In this document: in pieces, positions 13,733 through 20,587 of the stretch
How the letters are laid out: every line of letters starts with the position of its first letter
Numbering within the stretch: position 1 is the first letter of the stretch
NCBI GenBank assembly: GCA_027452145.1
Contig: DAIDHB010000418.1
Coordinates: 11,332 to 43,331, forward strand
Length of the DNA: 32,000 bases
Source of the DNA: Planctomycetales bacterium
GTDB lineage: Bacteria; Planctomycetota; Planctomycetia; Isosphaerales; Isosphaeraceae
Direction of reading: 5' to 3'
Notes under the pieces: generated by a model
Seen by the model: the letters and a program-made list of their open reading frames with translations, nothing else
Told to the model about the DNA's origin: nothing
Databases searched by the model: none
Made by a program: the position numbers and the translations under genes

Positions 13733-15860
13733 GATCTCCCTTCTTCCGGATTGGTGACGGCAGGATCAGGCCGCCGAGACCGGCGGCCAGAAGCTTCCAG
13801 AATGGCGAGTTCACCACCTCGGCGATCGTCCGGCAGGCTGCGCGGACATCGTCCGGCCCGGCGTTGAGCGGCGGGGTGATCTTCAGGACGTTCGGCTCGT
13901 ACTGGCAGAAGCCGGCGAGCACCGGAAACCGCGGGTGCCGGAGCATGGCGAGGAGCACCAAGGCCCCGAGCCGCTTCCCCAGCCATCGCCGTGGTGGACG
14001 GCTCGCGTCAAGCTCGACGCCGATCAGCAGGCCGAACGCCCGCACCTCGCGGACGTGGCGGCTCGAGGCCAGAGACTCGGCGAGCCCGGCGCGGAATACT
14101 TCGGCTGCCTCCTCGACCTGCCGGCTCAGGTCGATCCGCTCGCCCAGGCGGATGAGATTTATGACCGTGCGATATCCTTGCTCGTAATCGAATCGCCCCT
14201 TGATCGCGTCGACCAGCGTCGGCGCGAGCGCATCGAGCCGCTTGGCCATGGCGTCGGAATAGAGCGTCAACGCGAAGGGGAACATCATATCCGAGGTGCC
14301 CTTGCCCAGCAGCAGCAGGTCCGGCGTCAGGCCGATGGCACGCGACCGGACGAACGGCCCGGTGCGGTACATCCCGGTCTGGACCTCGTCCACCAGCAGC
14401 AGATAGCCGTGACGACGGCGACCCTCGTCAAGGTGCCGAATCACGGCCTCCGGGATCGCGCGCACACCACCCACGGACTGGATCAACTCGAGCTGGACGA
14501 CGGCAAAGTCGTGCGTCTCCATGAGCGCGTCGATCCGGGCGCAGGCATCGGGCTCGAACGGGTCGACGTAGTGGACCTCGGGATAGAGGGGGCCGATCCC
14601 CTCCTTGTACTTGGGATTGGCGGTGCCCGTCAGCGCGAACAGGGTCTTCCCCCCGAACCCGGCCTCCAGTGCGAGCACATGGCCACGGGGATGCTGGGCC
14701 GCGAGCGCCAGCTTGAGCGCGATCTCGACGGCGCCGCCTCCGCTGGCCGCGGGCAAGAACCGGCCGAGGCCGGTGAGCCGCCGCAGACGGTCGGAGAGCT
14801 CGGCCTCGAGCTCCGCGCCGCTCGGGATCGCGGGCGAGGTCGTCTCGTCGAGATAGTTCGGCGGATTGTGCCCGCGCATGCTGCACGCGACGCCGCCCAC
14901 CACGTCATAGATCGGCTGCCCGCCCACGACCACGAACGAGCCCGACGCGCGGACGTCCGCCGTCTCGAACCCGGCCGCACGGATCAGCCGAAGGAGCGAG
15001 GGATTGTAGTGACGCCGGAACGCCTCGCCGCGGCGCTCGAGGTCGTCGCGCACGGCTCGAAGATCGTCGGCGTGGCGGTCGACGAACGCTGGGTCAGCCC
15101 CGGCCAGGCACGCGAGGAAATGCCGCGCCGAGATCGTGTTGGGCTGGAAGGTCGTCGAGTGGAACGTCCCCTTGCCCGGCCGGTTCCACACGGCGAAGAG
15201 CGACCGCCGCGCCGTGAACGCACCGAACGGGACCGCGCGATCGACGAACGACTCATCGAAGACGATCACGTCGGGCACGACGAGGCCCGGCAGGCGTCCC
15301 GGATCGGCTCGGATCGCATCGAGGGCCGCGCGATCGACGCAGGTAACGACCCCTGGCGCGTCGCGGGTCAAGATCCGCTCGATGGCCGCCGCGTGCTCAT
15401 CCAGAAGCTCGTCATCCGAGGCGACCAGCACGAGCGGATCGATCCGCGTCGCGCCCGAGGCGGCCGCAATTCCTTCAAGCGTCTCGCCGGGCGCGCGGAC
15501 CTCGGGCAGGAACTCGACGCGCCCGCCGCCGGCCAGCTCGGCCGAGGCGAATCCGGCGAGCCGGCCGGCGGGGTCGAGGATCAGGGCCGTCGACCGGGCG
15601 TCGGGCCGCGCCCGATTGCACCGCAGGAGCTTCAGCGCGCCGCTCAGCGCCTCCTCGAGGCCATTGGCCAGGAACGACTGGTAGTCCTCGTCGTCGCGGC
15701 CGTCCGCCCACGTCGTGCGGGCGTAGCGATCCAGGCACAGGCAGAGCTGCGCGACGTGCGGGTTGAGATACAGCCGGAGGAAGTTCGGCTCCTGCTCGTG
15801 CAGGATCGACGCGATCGTCTCGGCGAGCGGCGGCGCGCTTTGCATTCGTGGCCTGGCCAT
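13689..15860 (-). CDS. Double-length class-III (omega-type) PLP aminotransferase with a degenerate N-terminal copy
   Basis: The C-terminal half carries GHNP, SGGGAVEIALKLA, FGGKT, VDEVQTGMYRTG and LLLGKGTSD (Schiff-base Lys). The N-terminal half shows a diverged copy without that Lys. The track start is a TTG at 15869. I prefer the ATG at 15860, which is 10 nt after the upstream stop. Confidence 0.85.
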   Translation of the reverse strand: MARPRMQSAPPLAETIASILHEQEPNFLRLYLNPHVAQLCLCLDRYARTTWADGRDDEDYQSFLANGLEEALSGALKLLRCNRARPDARSTALILDPAGRLAGFASAELAGGGRVEFLPEVRAPGETLEGIAAASGATRIDPLVLVASDDELLDEHAAAIERILTRDAPGVVTCVDRAALDAIRADPGRLPGLVVPDVIVFDESFVDRAVPFGAFTARRSLFAVWNRPGKGTFHSTTFQPNTISARHFLACLAGADPAFVDRHADDLRAVRDDLERRGEAFRRHYNPSLLRLIRAAGFETADVRASGSFVVVGGQPIYDVVGGVACSMRGHNPPNYLDETTSPAIPSGAELEAELSDRLRRLTGLGRFLPAASGGGAVEIALKLALAAQHPRGHVLALEAGFGGKTLFALTGTANPKYKEGIGPLYPEVHYVDPFEPDACARIDALMETHDFAVVQLELIQSVGGVRAIPEAVIRHLDEGRRRHGYLLLVDEVQTGMYRTGPFVRSRAIGLTPDLLLLGKGTSDMMFPFALTLYSDAMAKRLDALAPTLVDAIKGRFDYEQGYRTVINLIRLGERIDLSRQVEEAAEVFRAGLAESLASSRHVREVRAFGLLIGVELDASRPPRRWLGKRLGALVLLAMLRHPRFPVLAGFCQYEPNVLKITPPLNAGPDDVRAACRTIAEVVNSPFWKLLAAGLGGLILPSPIRKKGDHEHADDPAAQLAAR

Positions 15861-15870
15861 CCGGTTCAAT

Positions 15871-17742
15871 TCAGTTGCTGTGCTTGCCGGGGTTGTAACG
15901 GACGTCCGGGAGTGTGCTGGCGGTATAGGCGTCGAATCGCTTCTTATCGACGCGGAACAGGAACAGGTCGGCAGAGACGCGGTCCTCGTCGCAAAACGGC
16001 GAGTGCGGCATCCCGTCGCGGCGGATGTAGCGGAGCTGGATCTTGCGGAGCGGGACCTGCGCGTGAGTGCGCCAGAACGTCTCGAACTCCCCCGGCGTGA
16101 AGAAAAGCTCGGTGTGCCAGGCCACGCGGCGGCTCAGGGCGTGCATGAGGAACGAGGTGACCGGGTTCTCCTCGAGCCGATCCCAGAGCCGGCCCAGGGC
16201 GTCGCGGGGCAGCTCGAGCGCGCGGCCGCTCGGGTCGTCGAGATCCGTGTAATAGCGAGCGACCGCGACGGTGCGGCTGGCGGCATGCCCCTGGCGGATC
16301 TCGACGTTCCCGGCCCCGACGTCGCGGAGCGCGGCGAGCAGCTCGGCGGCCGTCGCGTCGGTCAGCGTCTCGCGGCGGACGAAGTACCGCGATTTCGGCC
16401 GGGCGCGCAGGTACAGGCGCAGGACGATGGCCGGGGATTGCAGGTTGTAGACGTTCTCGGCGAACTCGCGATCCTCGCGCTGTGCCGAGACGATCCGGTC
16501 TCGCCCGGGGTCGTACAGCACGACGCGGGTGATCGTATCGGCCACGGTCGCATAATCGACGGCCGACCCGTGGATCGGCACGAAGAACGCGGTCCCGAGC
16601 GCGACGTACGAGTAATTCGGGACGACGTGCAGCTCCTCGCCCCCCTCGGCCAGGCGGGCCATCGCGTCGTGGATCGTGGCCCCGCAGTCCGCCTTGAGCC
16701 GGGCCGCCCCGGCGCGGACGCGGGCCGTCCGGCGGCAGCGGACCGTCGAGACGATGGTCTTGCCCGGATAACGATGGCCGAAGTGATGGACGCCGTTGTT
16801 GTACCCGACCACGCGGACCCGCCCGATGTTCCCCGCGTGGCAGAGCGCGATCAGCTCACCGAACGAGCGCGGCCGGATGACGGGCACATGGAGCTGACGC
16901 ACCACCGGCGAGAGCCGCGCCAGGGCCGTCACGATGAGCCCGAGCACCTCGCCAACCAGCAGCCACGAGAAGATCCTGGCGATCGCCGACACCGCCACCT
17001 GCACGGGCGAGCCGCCCCGATTCCGCCGGAGCAACTCCCGCCAGGGCGTGTTCGCCCCCAGCAGCGTGAAGGCCCGGCGATCGCGCGGCAGGCGTCGCCC
17101 TGCCGCGGCCTCGTCGGCCGGGCAGCCCGCGTCGAGCCGCTCCGCCTCGATCGCCTCGAACATCTCCGACGCCGGCAGGAAGCAGGCCGACAGCCGCGCC
17201 GGGATCAGCGGCCAGAGCGGGGCGAGCCATCGGATCGCCCGGCCCGCCGGCGAATGCGGACCGATCAGGTGACCCGGGCGGAACACGATGATCCGAGGCC
17301 CCGGGACGGCCTTCTCGAATAGCGCCCGCGCGAAGCGCTCGGCCTCCTCGGCCGCCGGGTCATCCAGGTGCACGCGGAAACTGCCGACGATGCCGACAAA
17401 CCCAATCGACCATCGCCGCGCCTGCTCCGCCAGGCCGGCCAGATCGCGGCGGCGGGCCTCCGACAGCCGCGGACCGATGAAGACGATCATGGCATTGGGC
17501 TGATCGCGGCCGGCCGGTCCTTCGGATGGGGAGCGTAGCCACTCGCGCGGCAGGCGGCCCGGGTCGTCCCCGAGCAGCACGGCCTCGCCCCGAGCGCCCT
17601 GGCCCACGAAGGCGGCGTAGTCGGCCGCGGCGGGATGGCCGAGTCCCGCGACGAGCACGACGCCGGCGCCGGCCTCGACGGCCGGCGCCCGGCGCTCAGC
17701 GATCGCATGCGGGCTCGCCGAGCCGGAAGAGTGGCTGTCCAT
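15871..17742 (-). CDS. Three-module protein: degenerate Rossmann/SDR-like domain, TM helix, FAD-binding PCMH-type oxidoreductase domain
   Basis: The N-terminal part reads GVVLVAGLG...IVFIGP...IIVFRPGHLIGP. The TM segment is VQVAVSAIARIFSWLLVGEVLGLIVTALA. The C-terminal part reads VRVVGYNNGVHHFG...LKADCGATIHDAMARLAEGGEELHVVPNYSYVALGTAFFVPIHGS, which resembles the FAD_binding_4 core. The start is set at the ATG at 17742 (MDSHSS), because the upstream 66 codons of the track ORF lie inside the psd gene. Confidence 0.75.
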   Translation of the reverse strand: MDSHSSGSASPHAIAERRAPAVEAGAGVVLVAGLGHPAAADYAAFVGQGARGEAVLLGDDPGRLPREWLRSPSEGPAGRDQPNAMIVFIGPRLSEARRRDLAGLAEQARRWSIGFVGIVGSFRVHLDDPAAEEAERFARALFEKAVPGPRIIVFRPGHLIGPHSPAGRAIRWLAPLWPLIPARLSACFLPASEMFEAIEAERLDAGCPADEAAAGRRLPRDRRAFTLLGANTPWRELLRRNRGGSPVQVAVSAIARIFSWLLVGEVLGLIVTALARLSPVVRQLHVPVIRPRSFGELIALCHAGNIGRVRVVGYNNGVHHFGHRYPGKTIVSTVRCRRTARVRAGAARLKADCGATIHDAMARLAEGGEELHVVPNYSYVALGTAFFVPIHGSAVDYATVADTITRVVLYDPGRDRIVSAQREDREFAENVYNLQSPAIVLRLYLRARPKSRYFVRRETLTDATAAELLAALRDVGAGNVEIRQGHAASRTVAVARYYTDLDDPSGRALELPRDALGRLWDRLEENPVTSFLMHALSRRVAWHTELFFTPGEFETFWRTHAQVPLRKIQLRYIRRDGMPHSPFCDEDRVSADLFLFRVDKKRFDAYTASTLPDVRYNPGKHSN

Positions 17743-18595
17743 AGCGGACCTTCTCGTTGGGGGTGACCAGGGGAATCGCGCCGGGCGCCGGCGGCGCAAG
17801 CAGGACGACGGTGGAACCAAGCTCGAAGGTCGCCATCCAGTCGCCCCGCGCGACGGCCGGCGGCGGGTCGCGGTCGAACGACTCGACCCGCCGCGAACGG
17901 GGGCGAAATCGGGGCACGAGCGGGCCGGTGACGTGCCCAACGCCCCAACCGGCGACCATCACGACGGCCATCGGGCCGGCCTGCGTCGACAGATGCAGGA
18001 TCACGCGTTCGTTCAGAGTGTAGACCGGGTACTCCGGGCGCTGCAACGTCGGGTGCACCAGCAACCGCGAGCCCGGCACGTGCACCACGCGATCGAGCCG
18101 CCCGCCGGCCGGGCTGAACACGCGGTGGCAGTCGATCGGTGAGAGGAAGACGACCGCGAAGAGGCCGCCCTCGAACGGCCGGGCGTCGCCGCCGGCCAGC
18201 AGCGAGGCGACCGAGTATTCGATCCCCTTGACCGTCAGCAGCGTCCCGTCGTCCACGCGGCCGACGTCCTGCACGCGGCCGTCGCACGGGCTGAGCACCG
18301 TCGCGTTGCCCATCGCGATGGGCCTCGCCTCGGGCCGCAGGCCGCGAGTGAACAGGGCATTGAGAGACGGGTAGTCCTCCAGGGCCCGCTCCGACTCGGC
18401 CTCGTCCAGGCCGGGCGGATACCGGCGGACGTACTGATCCCGAAACAGACGGCGCCGCACCCGCCGCGACGGGATCGGCACACGCGAAAGCTTCACCGCC
18501 AGCGCCGCCAGGCCGAGCGACACCAGCCCGCCGTGGATGGCGCGGGCCTGGCGGATCTGCTCCAGCCGGATCGACAATCGCCGCGCGAGGGTCAT
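17696..18595 (-). CDS. psd: Phosphatidylserine decarboxylase family proenzyme
   Basis: This is the C-terminal 299 codons of track ORF 17696..19744, starting at the ATG at 18595 (MTLARRLSI). It has an N-terminal TM helix (GGLVSLGLAALAV). It carries the PSD motifs FLSPIDCHRVFSP and FELGSTVVLL (the LGST self-cleavage site), followed by a 35-aa tail. Confidence 0.85.
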   Translation of the reverse strand: MTLARRLSIRLEQIRQARAIHGGLVSLGLAALAVKLSRVPIPSRRVRRRLFRDQYVRRYPPGLDEAESERALEDYPSLNALFTRGLRPEARPIAMGNATVLSPCDGRVQDVGRVDDGTLLTVKGIEYSVASLLAGGDARPFEGGLFAVVFLSPIDCHRVFSPAGGRLDRVVHVPGSRLLVHPTLQRPEYPVYTLNERVILHLSTQAGPMAVVMVAGWGVGHVTGPLVPRFRPRSRRVESFDRDPPPAVARGDWMATFELGSTVVLLAPPAPGAIPLVTPNEKVRYGQPLFRLGEPACDR

Positions 18596-18676
18596 GACAG
18601 GCGGGCCTCTCCTCAGGGCGTCTGACACCACATCGAAGGAACCGACCCGATTCAGGTGCGGTCCCTTGAATACTGG

Positions 18677-18773
18677 AACCGCGAAAGACGCGAAAACGCG
18701 CGAATGAGTGGGCCGATCCATCCGACGGCGAGTGGAATTCTCATCTGTTCTCCATTTGGCGTTTGTCGCGGTT
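18677..18773. repeat. Palindromic repeat family 1 copy (CGCGAA variant)
   Basis: The sequence is AACCGCGAAA GACGCGAAA ACGCGCGAA, a spacer containing GGGCCGATC...CGGCGAGTG, then TTTGGCGTT TGTCGCGGTT. The outer 8 bp are perfectly complementary. It lies 47 nt 3' of the GMC gene stop. Confidence 0.75.
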
Positions 18774-18819
18774 AATCCGAGACCTTTCCGCGGACTCTTC
18801 GGAATCTCTTCGAATCCGA

Positions 18820-20379
18820 TCACACCTCCGCGACCACCTTCGACGCCACGCGCAGGGCGTTGGCGATGATCGTGAGCCCGGGGCCGACGCCCAGGGAGGT
18901 CGGCAGGAAGCTGCCGTCCACGGCGAACACATCCGGGTTCGCGAACATCCGGCAATCCGGGTCGAGCACCGCGTGCGTCGGGTCGCGGCCGAAGCGGAGG
19001 GTTCCGCACTGGTGGGCGACGTGCTCGTGCGAATCCCGCCGCGTCGAGACGAAATACATCGCGCCCGACCGGCGGAGGATCCGCGCGAGCTGCGGCTTCA
19101 TGTGCTTGCGCCGGGCGAGGTCGAACCGCGAGTACCGGTGGGCGAGCAGCGCCTGGTTGCTCGGGCCCAGCGTCACGCGGTTGGCCGGGTCGGGCAGGTC
19201 CTCGATCAGGCCGAGCAGCGGCAGGATCCGCTGGCGCAGGAACTGCCGCACGGGCGGCGGCACGAACGGAGCGAACTTCGCCACCATCAGCGGCCCCGGT
19301 ACCGCCAGCGACTGGATCACTCCCATCTTGTGCGGGAACCGCCTCGTGCCGAAGTAGAAGTCGGCGAATCCCACCTGCTTGACAAACGTCGAATCCGCGT
19401 CGATCGTCCGGGGATACACACCGACCACGACCGCGCCCAGGTGGAGCATGTAATTCCGGCCGATCAGCGGATGGACCATCCCCGAGCGCAGGAGCAGCAG
19501 CGACGACCCGATGGCGCCCGCGGCGATCGCATAGCGCCTCGCCCGGTAATGCCGGCGACGGCCGGTCGACCGATCGAGCACCGAGAGCAACGTCGCCCCG
19601 GTGCCCGGCTCGCGGACCAGCCGCTCGACCTCGACCCGGGTCTGGACCTTGATGGGCTGGCCGCCGCTCATGGCCGACTCGAGCAACTGCGCCGAAGATC
19701 GACGCGCTCCCGTCGGGCAGAGATACCCCGCGCACGCCGCGCACCTCAGGCAGCGCGACGAGTCGATCGCCAGCGGCAGGTGGAACGGGTGCAGGCCGCG
19801 TTCGCGATTGGCCGTCATCAGCCGCTGGTTCAGCGGATGCAAGGGCAACGGCGACCCCGGGTACCCGCGGGCCGGCTTCTTCAGCGGGGCGAAGTCCTCG
19901 TCCCCGCAGCCCGCGACCCCGAAGAGCCGCTCGGCCTCCGTGTAGTGCGGCTCGAGCTCGTCGTAGCCGATCGGCCAGTCCCAGATCGCGCGCGGGACCC
20001 GATCGCCGTAGTACCGCCCCGGCTGGAAATCCTGCTCGCTCGGCCGGAGCAACGCCCCGCCGTACAGGCTCGTCCCACCCCCCAGTATCCCGCCCATGTA
20101 CAACCGGCTGGATCGGCCGTTGACATCGACCTCGCGATCGTCGTATGGCCCCTTGTCGATCAGCACCGCCTGCTCGTCATGCGGCGCAGCCTCCGCCGGA
20201 TACCGATCGCCCCGCTCCAGCACCAGGACCGACTTCCCCGCGCCCGCGCAGGCCGCCGCGAAGGTCGCGCCCCCCGCCCCGCTGCCGACGACGATCACGT
20301 CGCAGTCGTACTCCACCCCAGCCTCCCGACGGCCGCCACCCGAAGGGCCGACATGCACATCCTCGCCCGTCGCCGTCAC
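18820..20379 (-). CDS. GMC-family FAD oxidoreductase
   Basis: The N-terminal dinucleotide fold is YDCDVIVVGSGAGGATFAAACAGAGKSVLVLERG. The C-terminal GMC pattern is HVAHQCGTLRFG...VLDPDCRMFANPDVFAVDGSFLPTSLGVGPGLTIIANALRVA. The start codon is the GTG at 20379, as in the track. Confidence 0.9.
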   Translation of the reverse strand: MTATGEDVHVGPSGGGRREAGVEYDCDVIVVGSGAGGATFAAACAGAGKSVLVLERGDRYPAEAAPHDEQAVLIDKGPYDDREVDVNGRSSRLYMGGILGGGTSLYGGALLRPSEQDFQPGRYYGDRVPRAIWDWPIGYDELEPHYTEAERLFGVAGCGDEDFAPLKKPARGYPGSPLPLHPLNQRLMTANRERGLHPFHLPLAIDSSRCLRCAACAGYLCPTGARRSSAQLLESAMSGGQPIKVQTRVEVERLVREPGTGATLLSVLDRSTGRRRHYRARRYAIAAGAIGSSLLLLRSGMVHPLIGRNYMLHLGAVVVGVYPRTIDADSTFVKQVGFADFYFGTRRFPHKMGVIQSLAVPGPLMVAKFAPFVPPPVRQFLRQRILPLLGLIEDLPDPANRVTLGPSNQALLAHRYSRFDLARRKHMKPQLARILRRSGAMYFVSTRRDSHEHVAHQCGTLRFGRDPTHAVLDPDCRMFANPDVFAVDGSFLPTSLGVGPGLTIIANALRVASKVVAEV

Positions 20380-20587
20380 GCCGATATGGTCGCCGATGAA
20401 GAGTCAGTGATCAAGACATTCAGAAATGATTCATCAAATCTTGACCGGGGCTTCTCAATCCGGCCATTGCAGGCATCGCCGCTTGCTGCGATCGACGGGC
20501 CCTTGTGTCGGACGGATCCGATCGATTAGCTTCTGGTTACTCCGGATCAAATGGACGCAGGTCGATCACCCCGCGCTGGAGCGGACC

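Noticed and set aside
13935-17322. 721-aa (13935..16100) and 519-aa (15763..17322) plus-strand ORFs
   Set aside because: They are antisense to the aminotransferase and FAD-protein genes. Their sequence is extremely R/G/E/D-rich with no motifs.
5988-18773. Arrays of 9-nt CACGAA/CGCGAA units as CRISPR-like arrays
   Set aside because: The units are contiguous with no spacers, there are only three per arm, and they are arranged as inverted arms. No cas genes are present.
18805-18820. TTCGAATCC, a tRNA T-loop-like sequence
   Set aside because: The flanking bases do not form a T-stem (ATCTC versus CCGAT gives 3 of 5 pairs). No acceptor or anticodon arms could be built, so this is not a tRNA.
18596-19744. 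N-terminal 383 codons of the 682-aa minus ORF 17696..19744
   Set aside because: This part crosses the intergenic repeat and overlaps the GMC gene in another frame with R/P/A-rich sequence. PSD homology begins only at the ATG at 18595.
18763-20529. 588-aa plus-strand ORF
   Set aside because: It is antisense to the GMC oxidoreductase gene.
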